Shown: one piece after another, positions 1 through 8,482 of the stretch
Layout: every line of letters starts with the position of its first letter
How positions within the stretch are numbered: position 1 is the first letter of the stretch
Assembly (NCBI GenBank): GCA_051866635.1
Contig: JBJDXJ010000038.1
Location: 96,001-160,000, forward strand
Direction of reading: 5' to 3'
Length of the DNA: 64,000 nucleotides
From: Clostridia bacterium
GTDB lineage: Bacteria > Bacillota > Clostridia > UMGS1883
The notes under the pieces: model-generated
The model's input: the letters and a program-made list of their open reading frames with translations, nothing else
The model's database searches: none
Told to the model about the DNA's origin: nothing
Made by a program: the position numbers and the translations under genes

Positions 1-1
1 A

Positions 2-1555
2 GCGGATATTTATAAGGCAAATTATTATGTATCATATTTAAGAGGTATAGTAAATACAGATATCACAAATCTTCGCCTGAAAATAAGAGAGACTCTTGGT
101 GATGGTGTTTATGCCCATTATGATAATAAGAAATTTGTTCTTCCCAATATTGGCGTACACCGAGACCCCTTCGGTTATGTTTACGAAGCGGTACCTTCAA
201 ACCGTTTGGAAGGCGTAACTGCCACAGTATACTACAAGGATGAAAATGGTGTTGCAGTTAAGTGGGACGCAGAAAATTACGACCAGATTAACCCCCATAT
301 AACCGATGGCTTAGGACAGTATTCATGGATGGTTCCCACGGGCGAATGGAAGGTTGTTTACGAAAAGGACGGCTATGAGGTGATGGAAACCGAATGGCTC
401 CCCGTTCCGCCACCCCAGATGGATGTAAATGTCTCCCTCACATCCCTTCTTGCACCTACGGTTGAAACTGTAAATGCATATGAAGACAAGGTGGAAATCA
501 GATTTAGTCAGTATATGAATATTGATTCTGTAAATACTTCTGCCGTTAAAATTATTATGAATAATCAAGCAGTTACAGGAACGATTACACCTAAAAATGC
601 AGAAAGCACCTTAAATGATGAAAATGTTAAGTACGCAAGCGTATTTGAATTTATCTGTGACAGCGAAATTTCAGGCAACATAGTTGTGGAAGTGGCAGAT
701 GTTATAAACTATGCAGGTACAAAGATGGATTCTTCATATAGTGAAGAAAGTAAGGTTTATGTTGAACCTAAGATGATATCAGTACCGGAAAGCGTAACAA
801 TGAACTTTAATGAAAGTAAGTTTATTGAAATTCAGGTGCTTCCCAAAGAAGCAGGTGCTAACCTTAATCTTAGCGTTCTGTCAAGCTCTGATGATATTGT
901 TTCTGTTTCGGAAGAAAATGTTGTAACAGATGAAAACGGTAAAGCGACTATACTTCTTGAAAGTAGTCTCATTGGTGATGCATTCATAACAATCAGCATT
1001 GACGGAACAGATGTTGAAAAAACAATAGAAGTTTTCGTAGAAGCCGGCAAGGCAGAAGAAGCATTACAGTGTGAAAAGGTTAAGGCAAATTTTGAAAGCG
1101 GAACTGTTGAAAAGGGTGCAGTTGTCAACCTCTTTACAGAAACAGATGGTGCTGACATCTATTACACATTGGACGGAACAGATCCTTCCGATGAAGAAAA
1201 TACTTCAAGAACTCTGTATACGGAAGCTATAAAGATAACGGAAAATACCGTTATTATGGCATGTGCAGTAAAGGAGGGTTATACCGCAAGCCAGGTGGCG
1301 GCATTTAACTACAAGGTTGATCTTAAAGCTGTCGTTGTGGTGGCAGAAGGCTATTACAATACTGAAAATACGCTTATAATGGCGGCATATTCAAATGACA
1401 ATGTTCTTGTTGCACAGAAAACATTTAAACCAAGCGGAACAGGCTACGATGAAGTAATATTGGAATCCGATGAACCCATAAGCTATACAAAGGTAATGGA
1501 ATGGAACAGCTTAGGCAAAATGGTTCCCGCATCTGAAAGCGTGGTTTCACATTAA
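2..1555 (+). CDS. C-terminal part (5'-truncated by window) of a giant secreted multi-Ig-domain surface protein; paralog of 43451-49231
   Basis: Frame is open from nt 2 (ADIYKANYY...HRDPFGYVYEAVPSNRLEGVTAT), so the TTG at 206 is not the start. Collinear with the 1926-aa ORF from DPxGY onward (WLPVPPPQ, F[ST]QYM, IYYTLDGTDP CHB_HEX_C/Fn3-associated-like domain, KxMEW..MxP tail). Confidence 0.85.
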   Translation, partial: ADIYKANYYVSYLRGIVNTDITNLRLKIRETLGDGVYAHYDNKKFVLPNIGVHRDPFGYVYEAVPSNRLEGVTATVYYKDENGVAVKWDAENYDQINPHITDGLGQYSWMVPTGEWKVVYEKDGYEVMETEWLPVPPPQMDVNVSLTSLLAPTVETVNAYEDKVEIRFSQYMNIDSVNTSAVKIIMNNQAVTGTITPKNAESTLNDENVKYASVFEFICDSEISGNIVVEVADVINYAGTKMDSSYSEESKVYVEPKMISVPESVTMNFNESKFIEIQVLPKEAGANLNLSVLSSSDDIVSVSEENVVTDENGKATILLESSLIGDAFITISIDGTDVEKTIEVFVEAGKAEEALQCEKVKANFESGTVEKGAVVNLFTETDGADIYYTLDGTDPSDEENTSRTLYTEAIKITENTVIMACAVKEGYTASQVAAFNYKVDLKAVVVVAEGYYNTENTLIMAAYSNDNVLVAQKTFKPSGTGYDEVILESDEPISYTKVMEWNSLGKMVPASESVVSH

Positions 1556-1591
1556 AAAACTGGCTGTAGCAAAATAACAGCTCAAAAAAAA

Positions 1592-1629
1592 GAAAAAAGA
1601 AGTTCCCAAAATCGGGAACTTCTTTTTTC
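1592..1629. terminator. Bidirectional intrinsic terminator
   Basis: gaaaaaagaagttccc-aaaatc-gggaacttcttttttc, a perfect stem with A and T tracts. Confidence 0.8.
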
Positions 1630-1657
1630 GTATAAACACTATTTACCACTGTGGACA

Positions 1658-1695
1658 GGTTCATTTTGGAGTTTACACAAAATCGGGGAAACACC
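1658..1695 (+). mobile_element. IS256-family-like terminal inverted repeat remnant
   Basis: ggttcattttggagtttacacaaaatcggggaaacacc; TTTACACAA about 15 nt from the end is typical of IS256-family right ends; no transposase nearby. Confidence 0.45.
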
Positions 1696-1702
1696 ATGTT
1701 TT

Positions 1703-1813
1703 TCAGCGACTAAAGGTTGTAGCAAAATTGCTGCGACCTTTAATGTTATCACAAATGGTAGTAGTTTCAACTGTGAAATCAACAGCTAACACTTTAATCG
1801 TTTTGTTATCCAT
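1703..1813 (-). pseudogene. Truncated four-helix-bundle protein (TIGR02436 / 23S-IVP-like), N-terminal 36 aa only
   Basis: RBS aaggag, then ATG: MDNKTIKVLAVDFTVETTTICDNIKGRSNFATTFSR*. Resembles the family N-terminus (..DFAV.I..LC..) but stops before the QLLRSGTSIGAN core. Not in the ORF track. Confidence 0.55.
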
Positions 1814-1829
1814 TGTAAAAACTCCTTTA

Positions 1830-2017
1830 GCGATATACTCGCTTTGCTCGTACGATATATTTGCCATTGCAAATGCGATATAACCTCATTTTATTCGGTT
1901 TTGATATGATATAAATCCCTTGCGTGTTCCGCAGAACATATCGCGTGTGTTAACACATATCGCACCGAAGGCATATCGCAAATCCGAAGGATTTATATCG
2001 TTGCTGCGATACGCAAC
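1830..2017. repeat. Multi-hairpin REP-like element with GATATA/CATATC repeats
   Basis: cgatata-type units at about 1831, 1853 and 1876, gatatgatata at 1903; catatcgc at 1937, 1956 and 1972; 11-bp inverted repeat gatataaatcc (1908-1918) / ggatttatatc (1989-1999); small hairpins between units. Confidence 0.7.
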
Positions 2018-2018
2018 A

Positions 2019-2939
2019 CTAATTTACAGGTACATAGCCTGCATCTTCTATAATTTTACTGCCACGGGAGGATAAAACAGCGTCAACCCATTTTAATGTG
2101 TTTTCGTCAGCATCTGCTCTTGTTACGATAAAGCCATTTGTATAAATGGGGTACTGTCCGCTTTTGATTGTTTCAATTGTGGGGTTAACTCCGTCAACTG
2201 CGAGCATTTTAATGGTGTCCCGTTTGTACATTGTGTTTACATAGTAAAAATATGAATAACCGATAGCATTTTTTGCGTTGTCATATTCGGCAACGGCGTC
2301 GATAAGTTCGCCCATCTCGCCCTGAACTTGGCTTGTGGGCGGCTCAATTATCAGCTTATCCTTCATAACTAAGCTGAGCATTGCCGTCTGACTGCCTGAA
2401 CCTGTAGGTCTTTGATAGGGGATAATCGGTGCATCTTCACCGCCAACCTCTGCCCAGGAGGTAATCTCACCTGTGTATATTTTTTGTATTTCCTCAAAGG
2501 TTAAGCCGTCAACAGGGTTTTCGGTGTTTACAATAAATACAAAGGCGGAGCTTGTTGCGGGGATAATATTTAACTGAACCCCTTTTTCATTTGCGTACTC
2601 TTTGTCCTCCTGACTTATTTCCGATGCAAATATAACATCAACCTTGCCGTCTATAAGGTTGTGGTAAACCTCACTTGAACGGGTGGTTGTGTATTCAAAA
2701 TTCAATTCGCTTTCATCCATGCCTAAAAAGTCTGCGGCGATGGAATTTACAAGTGGGTGAATAGCAAGGGATGCATCAACCTTAGGATAGTCCTCCAATG
2801 TAAAAAGGGGCAAAGCGTTAACCTCTGTGGGTTCTTCAGTTATGGGCGTTGTTGTGGCGGATTTATACCACAGTACACATCCTATAATAATTCCAACCAT
2901 AACTGCAATTGCCAAAAGTATTGCAATAAGTTTTTTCAT
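2019..2939 (-). CDS. PstS-like (PBP type 2) substrate-binding protein with N-terminal anchor
   Basis: YPKVDAS, FVFIVNTENPV..LT.E.IQKIYTG.IT.W, YQRPTGSGSQT, AIGYS motifs. Confidence 0.8.
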   Translation of the reverse strand: MKKLIAILLAIAVMVGIIIGCVLWYKSATTTPITEEPTEVNALPLFTLEDYPKVDASLAIHPLVNSIAADFLGMDESELNFEYTTTRSSEVYHNLIDGKVDVIFASEISQEDKEYANEKGVQLNIIPATSSAFVFIVNTENPVDGLTFEEIQKIYTGEITSWAEVGGEDAPIIPYQRPTGSGSQTAMLSLVMKDKLIIEPPTSQVQGEMGELIDAVAEYDNAKNAIGYSYFYYVNTMYKRDTIKMLAVDGVNPTIETIKSGQYPIYTNGFIVTRADADENTLKWVDAVLSSRGSKIIEDAGYVPVN

Positions 2940-2950
2940 GATAAATCCTC

Positions 2951-4468
2951 CTAATCAAATAATTTAAATGACTCTTTGTCAAAACGGTAAAAACTAATAT
3001 ATACATAAAAGTCGTCAATATTTGGTATTGTGGCAATTATGCTGTCGCCATTAAGTGTTATGACAGCATCAGATACGTCATAACCAAAGTAGCCGCTTTC
3101 CGCAAGCTGACTTATAATCTCATCTTCGATAATGTCCATATAGTTACTGTCAGGATAGAAAACGTCCTCCAAAGATGTAAGAGGCTCCTTTGTTATATAA
3201 TTATACAACTTAGTATCGTCTGCTGTCATAACAGTAGCACCTTCGGTTTCTTCGGTGTCAAGATAAACACCGCCTGCCATTGAAAAATATCTGTTACGAT
3301 AGGCGTCTATTATTTTGTTCTTGTATACAGACTCATAAAGCTCCATAGGCATTTGGAAAAACTGTATACTGTTATTTACCGTTGCCATGTCTGAATAATG
3401 GTTAATCCACTCTCCATTTACATGCTCCGATTTACTATACAACGTTATATTTGGCTTCATAAGTAATATGTGGAAATAATCGGGGTTGCTTTTGGCAGAA
3501 AGCCTGTATTCTTCTAATATGTCATGGCATTGAAGGTAAATACTTTCTCTAAAGCTCTTATACTTTTGAGATTGGTAATTATTAATATCATCATCTATGT
3601 AATCCTGCCATACAGTTATATCGTACCACATGTTTTCTTCTATATAACCGTATTCTATTTTGTCAAACATTTCGTAATGGGCATCCGCACAGGTAAATAT
3701 GTTTTTAAAGCCTTTATACTCACCTGTGAATATACTTTCCTCTGTCATATACTTGGAATATATAGCGACTTTATCATAAATGTCAACCATACTCACCTCT
3801 GCCATATAATTACTGGGGGAAAGATAAATTGCCGATGGTGAAAAGATAAATTCCTTATCTCCGTTCATGTAGCTTTTAACTAATTTATATAATTGGTTTT
3901 CATCAGGTGAGGCGAGGTATTCTTCATAGTCAAAGCCCTCGTAGTCCATGGAATCGAAAAAATCAGAAAAAGCGAGTGTATCATAAAATGCTGAACGCAC
4001 AACGGATATAATATCCGCATCCTTTACAAACAAATCTTCAAGCTGAAGAGGGCTTCCGTCCACAAGATTGTAGTTGAAATCCACCTGGTTGTATAAACTG
4101 TCACCTCCGATGTAAAGGCTTATAGATATAACATTGGCAAAATTTCCATAGGTGTAATAGCTTGAATAATCAATTTTTTCAAATTCCAAAAAGGCTTTTG
4201 TTGCTCTTTGGTAAATGTCGTTGTTTATTTTGTCCTGAATTGCAGTGTCTTTAAGCCCTTTTATTTGAGGTATCTCTACTTCGGTACCATTATAAACTTC
4301 AATTATTTTATCCACAAGTAAATCGTTTTGGTCATATGTAGCGTCCAGGTCAATTGTCTGTTCAATAGGTGTACTGTTCTTCTGGTTTATGCACCAATTT
4401 GTTACCCCAAATGCAATAAAAGCAAATACAAGCACAAGTGCTGTAAGTGATGCTGCAAGCCGTTTCAT
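2951..4468 (-). CDS. Secreted/anchored protein with PdaC/RsiV-like (DUF4163/DUF3298-type) domains
   Basis: Signal/TM segment; EIPQIKGLKD..IQDKIN; duplicated motif YNLVDG.PL.LEDLF / YNYITKEPL.SLEDVF. Confidence 0.55.
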   Translation of the reverse strand: MKRLAASLTALVLVFAFIAFGVTNWCINQKNSTPIEQTIDLDATYDQNDLLVDKIIEVYNGTEVEIPQIKGLKDTAIQDKINNDIYQRATKAFLEFEKIDYSSYYTYGNFANVISISLYIGGDSLYNQVDFNYNLVDGSPLQLEDLFVKDADIISVVRSAFYDTLAFSDFFDSMDYEGFDYEEYLASPDENQLYKLVKSYMNGDKEFIFSPSAIYLSPSNYMAEVSMVDIYDKVAIYSKYMTEESIFTGEYKGFKNIFTCADAHYEMFDKIEYGYIEENMWYDITVWQDYIDDDINNYQSQKYKSFRESIYLQCHDILEEYRLSAKSNPDYFHILLMKPNITLYSKSEHVNGEWINHYSDMATVNNSIQFFQMPMELYESVYKNKIIDAYRNRYFSMAGGVYLDTEETEGATVMTADDTKLYNYITKEPLTSLEDVFYPDSNYMDIIEDEIISQLAESGYFGYDVSDAVITLNGDSIIATIPNIDDFYVYISFYRFDKESFKLFD

Positions 4469-4498
4469 AAAACCCCTCCCTTTTATAAATCCTATAGC

Positions 4499-4533
4499 AA
4501 AAAAAGCGGTGCCGCCTCAGGCTGCACCGCTTT
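4499..4533 (-). terminator. Intrinsic terminator after the ABC ATPase gene
   Basis: aaagcggtgc...gcaccgcttt stem with an A7 tract (U-tract on the minus strand). Confidence 0.75.
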
Positions 4534-4546
4534 GCTTTTCTTCGTC

Positions 4547-5662
4547 TTAGTTAGTGATAACTCTTTCTGTTTCCTTGTCGAAAAGATGAATCTTTTCGGG
4601 GTCGAAAGCAACCTTAATTGTGTCACCAACCTTAGCTGTTGTAGTAGGCTTAACACGAGCTGTCATGTTGATTTCGTCAATTGTAAGGAACAAGAATGTT
4701 TCAGCACCCATCATTTCTGTTACGTCAACGTGAGCTTCAACAACATTGCCTGCATACTTTGCAAGAGAATCAGCATCATCGTAAAGGTCTTCGGGACGGA
4801 TGCCGAGAGTTACTACCTTACCTGCATAGCCTTCTTCAATAACCTTTGCAGCTCTGTCCTTAGAAAGGTTAATCTTCTTGCCTTCGCCGAATACAACAGA
4901 TACACCGTCGCCTTCCTTAACAACCTTAGCATCACAGAAGTTCATCTGAGGAGAACCGATGAAGCCTGCTACGAATACGTTACAAGGATCATCATAAAGT
5001 GTCTGAGGTGTATCAACCTGCTGGATGAAACCATCCTTCATAACAACAATTCTTGTACCCATTGTCATAGCTTCTGTCTGGTCATGAGTAACGTAAATGA
5101 ATGTTGTCTGGAGTCTCTGGTGAAGCTTTGTGATTTCTGTTCTCATCTGTACACGAAGCTTAGCATCAAGGTTGGAGAGAGGTTCGTCCATCAAGAATAC
5201 CTTGGGTTCACGCACGATAGCACGACCGAGAGCAACTCTCTGACGCTGACCACCGGAAAGAGCCTTGGGCTTTCTTTCAAGAAGATGTTCAATATCAAGG
5301 ATACGAGCAGCTTCATGAACACGCTTGTTAATTTCTTCCTTGGGGGTCTTACGAAGTTTAAGACCAAATGCCATATTTTCAAATACGGACATATGAGGAT
5401 AAAGAGCATAGTTCTGGAAAACCATCGCAATATCTCTGTCCTTGGGAGCTATGTCGTTAACAAGACGGTCACCGATGTAAAGTTCACCTTCAGTGATTTC
5501 TTCCAAACCCGCAATCATACGGAGCGTTGTGGACTTACCGCAACCGGAAGGACCAACCATTATGATAAATTCCTTATCCTTAATTTCAAGGTTAAAGTCA
5601 TGAACGGCTGTAACACCGCCGGGATATTTCTTGTAGATGTGCTTGAGTGATAAGCTTGCCAT
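4547..5662 (-). CDS. msmX: Sugar ABC transporter ATP-binding subunit (MsmX/MsmK/UgpC family)
   Basis: Walker A GPSGCGKST, LSGGQRQRVALGRA, MDEPLSNLDAKLR, FVAGFIGSP, C-terminal TOBE region. Confidence 0.9.
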   Translation of the reverse strand: MASLSLKHIYKKYPGGVTAVHDFNLEIKDKEFIIMVGPSGCGKSTTLRMIAGLEEITEGELYIGDRLVNDIAPKDRDIAMVFQNYALYPHMSVFENMAFGLKLRKTPKEEINKRVHEAARILDIEHLLERKPKALSGGQRQRVALGRAIVREPKVFLMDEPLSNLDAKLRVQMRTEITKLHQRLQTTFIYVTHDQTEAMTMGTRIVVMKDGFIQQVDTPQTLYDDPCNVFVAGFIGSPQMNFCDAKVVKEGDGVSVVFGEGKKINLSKDRAAKVIEEGYAGKVVTLGIRPEDLYDDADSLAKYAGNVVEAHVDVTEMMGAETFLFLTIDEINMTARVKPTTTAKVGDTIKVAFDPEKIHLFDKETERVITN

Positions 5663-5685
5663 TAGTAATTACCTCCTAAAATTTC

Positions 5686-5745
5686 AAGGTACAATGTACC
5701 TTAACTTTATATCAATAGTATAACATAAAGATTTTTTTTTGCCAA
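5686..5745 (-). promoter_or_regulatory. Sigma-A-like promoter of msmX plus downstream palindrome
   Basis: Minus strand TTGGCA-17-TATACT (5745-5717); palindrome aaggtaca-a-tgtacctt at 5686-5702. Confidence 0.55.
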
Positions 5746-5816
5746 TGCACCAAATTACCAAAATTACAAAAATATATTTGTGAGTATTGTATAGAAAATA
5801 GTTCTTGACAGGGTTT

Positions 5817-6515
5817 TCAAAGGGTTCCCCCAATTATGTTAACCTCTTCCTGTGTAAGATAGCGGTATTCCCCCGGTGACAAATCAGGGTCCAACGGAAG
5901 GGAAGCAAATGATATTCTTTTTAAATAAATCACCTTGTTTTCAACGGCTTCAAACATTTTTTTCACCTGATGGAACTTACCCTCCACAATAGTTATTACA
6001 CATTCATTTTCACTTTCCATAACTATCTTTGAGGGCATAGTTATATAACCACCTATGTCAACCCCATTTTCGATTTTCATGCGGTCACATTCCGTCAAAG
6101 GGTACATAAGTCTTGCGAAATATTCCTTGCCAACCTTTTTTGAGGGTGATAAAAGATTGTGGGCAGTTTGTCCGTCATTTGTCAAAAGCAGAAAGCCTTC
6201 GGTGTCAATATCAAGCCTGCCTGCCGGGAAGAGGTCGTATCGCTTAAAGTTTTCGGGAAGTAAGTCCAAAACGGTTTTCTGCCTTTTGTCGTCTGTGGCA
6301 CTGACATAGCCTTGGGGCTTATTCATCATAAGATAAATGAACTTTTTATATTCTGCCTCTTTCCCGTTAACTGAAAGAGAAGCCCTTTCGTTTACATCGC
6401 ATCCTGCATCCTTTATTATTTCCCCATTTATAGAAACAAGTCCCTTTTTTATTAAATTTTTAGCATCTTTTCTTGTAATGCCGATAGCATCGGAAACAAG
6501 TTTGTCTAATCTCAT
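5817..6515 (-). CDS. rsuA: rRNA pseudouridine synthase (RsuA family)
   Basis: MRLDK S4 domain, NKPQGYVSA, GRLDIDTEG, EGKFHQVKKM. Confidence 0.85.
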   Translation of the reverse strand: MRLDKLVSDAIGITRKDAKNLIKKGLVSINGEIIKDAGCDVNERASLSVNGKEAEYKKFIYLMMNKPQGYVSATDDKRQKTVLDLLPENFKRYDLFPAGRLDIDTEGFLLLTNDGQTAHNLLSPSKKVGKEYFARLMYPLTECDRMKIENGVDIGGYITMPSKIVMESENECVITIVEGKFHQVKKMFEAVENKVIYLKRISFASLPLDPDLSPGEYRYLTQEEVNIIGGTL

Positions 6516-6536
6516 GTAATTCTCTCCAAAAAGCGG

Positions 6537-6908
6537 TTATAAAAGCCCTGTCATAAATCCGTCTATGCTTACAGAGGATATATCACCGCCTATAATTTCG
6601 TTTTTATACATTATAATATTGGCATTGCATTTGCCGAAGGGGTGGTTGTATATTTCATAGGTGTACATTACACATTCCTTCCCCTTGAAATTTTCAAGGT
6701 CAAAACCTGCCTCCTTCTGAATTTCATTATAGTTATTATACACCATATCAAACTCTTTTGGAATAGTAAATGTTTTTTTTGAATAATTTTCGGAAAATTC
6801 GTAACCAAGGGCTGTGAGAAAGTCTTTGGGCGACTGTTCTTTAAAAGCGGAAAAAATAAGAATGGCACAGAGGGATAATAAAACTAAATTTTTAGTATTG
6901 AACTTCAT
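6537..6908 (-). CDS. DUF4830-like secreted protein
   Basis: Signal peptide; FL..LGY, IPKEFD.VY.NYNEIQK.AGFDL..FKGK, IIGGD pattern. Confidence 0.7.
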   Translation of the reverse strand: MKFNTKNLVLLSLCAILIFSAFKEQSPKDFLTALGYEFSENYSKKTFTIPKEFDMVYNNYNEIQKEAGFDLENFKGKECVMYTYEIYNHPFGKCNANIIMYKNEIIGGDISSVSIDGFMTGLL

Positions 6909-6976
6909 ACTGAATTATATGTTTAAAAAGGCGGATGTATAACCGCCTTTTGTCATTAATTACCTGTTTCGGTAGA

Positions 6977-7011
6977 TTTTACCAAATGGGGTCTGACCCC
7001 ATTTGGTAAAA
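6977..7011. repeat. Perfect 35-bp palindrome
   Basis: ttttaccaaatggggtc-t-gaccccatttggtaaaa (17-bp arms, 1-nt spacer). Confidence 0.85.
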
Positions 7012-7056
7012 AGTTAAGTTTTAAATGTTTACCATGCAGCAAGAAGTGCGTAATGA

Positions 7057-7139
7057 AATGAATAATCAATAATTAATCATTTTCGCCGTAATGCGAAAAT
7101 TTTCCGAAATTATTCATTATTAATTCTTAGTTATTAATT
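7057..7139. repeat. Inverted heptamer tandem repeats flanking a hairpin
   Basis: aatgaat aatcaat aattaat (7057-7077); hairpin attttcgc-cgtaat-gcgaaaat; attcatt attaatt cttagtt attaatt (7112-7139). Confidence 0.6.
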
Positions 7140-7146
7140 TTTATTA

Positions 7147-8361
7147 TTACTTTCCTGCCGCAATTTTTACGTTTGCCTGGTGCTTTGCATTAACCATTCC
7201 GTCGTTATGGCGTATTGAATTAAGAAAATGGATGTCAAATACACCGTGGGCATTGTTGCCCTTTACCCAGTCATAGTTATAGCCCGCACCGTAATTGTCG
7301 CTTCGCCAGCTTGTCCATACGCCGCCTTGTGCGTTGTCGTTTCCGGCATGGAGCATACTTGTAGCCGATGCGGCAATCTTTCTGCCGTTGTAAATAATAA
7401 TTACAGGTCTGCTTGTCCAGTTTTGACCGCCAAAAATTGAGTTCATCTTAGCTGTGTCCGATGCAGTCAAGGGTTCACAGTCTGCGTGTCCCGAACCTGT
7501 GGTTCTTTTTGCTGTGAAAGACTGACCTGTATAAAAATCCTGAACGGTAAAAACTGCACCTACGGGCACCACGTACTGTGCCCCGGTCCACCAATCAAGA
7601 TATTCGCCGTATTTTGACCCGGGTGTACTTGTGACGGGCACGTGGTGGACAGGTATTGTAAGTTTCTGCCCAGCATAAATATAAGATGATTCCGTAAGTT
7701 TGTTTGTTTCTAAAAGCTCGCTCATGGGTATACCGTAATTGTTTGCAATGTTCCAGTAGGTGTCACCTGATTTAACTGTGTATGTAATATATGTTACGTA
7801 AGGCTTGGAAGAAGATGAAGAAGTTGATGAAGAGGAAGATGACGATGACGAAGACGAACCTGAAGGGATTACTACCCTGTCACCGATTTCAAGCTGTGAA
7901 GTATTTGTGGCACCGTTAGCTTTTAAAAGAGTGTTAAAATCCACTTTATACTGCTGTGAAATTGTCCAGTATGTATCACCTTTTTTTACAATGTGAACAT
8001 TTGATGCCCCGGGGATAATTACCTTGTCGCCAATTTCAAGATGAGAAGAAGTAGTAGCGTTATTTGCCGCAAGTAATGTGTTGAAGTCAACACCGTATCT
8101 TTGAGAAATTGTCCAGTAAGTATCGCCCTTTTTTACAGTGTAGATTGTTGCATCCGTGGGTACGTATACCTTATCTCCAATTTCAAGCTGTGAGGAGGTT
8201 GTGGCACCGTTTGCCTTTAAAAGTGCGTTAAAATCAACGTTATACTGTTGTGAAATTGTCCAGTAAGTGTCCCCCTTTTTGACAGTGTGCGTTGCCGCTT
8301 GTGCATTGGCTGATAACAATAATGCAGATAATCCAAGCGGAATAATTCGTTTTAGTTTCAT
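7147..8361 (-). CDS. Secreted 4xLysM protein with Ser linker and uncharacterised C-terminal domain
   Basis: Real start MKLKRIIP at 8361 (RBS aaaggag); signal peptide ending AQA; four [HY]xVKxGDTYW LysM repeats; poly-Ser linker. Confidence 0.85.
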   Translation of the reverse strand: MKLKRIIPLGLSALLLSANAQAATHTVKKGDTYWTISQQYNVDFNALLKANGATTSSQLEIGDKVYVPTDATIYTVKKGDTYWTISQRYGVDFNTLLAANNATTSSHLEIGDKVIIPGASNVHIVKKGDTYWTISQQYKVDFNTLLKANGATNTSQLEIGDRVVIPSGSSSSSSSSSSSTSSSSSKPYVTYITYTVKSGDTYWNIANNYGIPMSELLETNKLTESSYIYAGQKLTIPVHHVPVTSTPGSKYGEYLDWWTGAQYVVPVGAVFTVQDFYTGQSFTAKRTTGSGHADCEPLTASDTAKMNSIFGGQNWTSRPVIIIYNGRKIAASATSMLHAGNDNAQGGVWTSWRSDNYGAGYNYDWVKGNNAHGVFDIHFLNSIRHNDGMVNAKHQANVKIAAGK

Positions 8362-8454
8362 GTTAATTCTCCTTTCAGCGGGACAATTGGTTCTTGCCCC
8401 TAAAAAGATTATTCGGGAAAAGCTATCAAAATCTTTTATGTAAATGTTGCCATA

Positions 8455-8482
8455 TTGACAAAAATTAAGAAAGTGATATAAT
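8455..8482 (+). promoter_or_regulatory. Sigma-A promoter of hydG
   Basis: TTGACA-16-TATAAT with TGn extended -10. Confidence 0.75.

Noticed and set aside
1830-2017. Possible CRISPR array or tRNA
   Set aside because: Repeats are 7-8 nt and mirrored; no cloverleaf or TTCGA arm.
4532-5650. 372-aa plus-strand ORF
   Set aside because: Antisense shadow of the well-conserved msmX gene; no RBS or motifs.
7805-7996. Acidic 63-aa ORF
   Set aside because: Antisense reading of the LysM poly-Ser linker.
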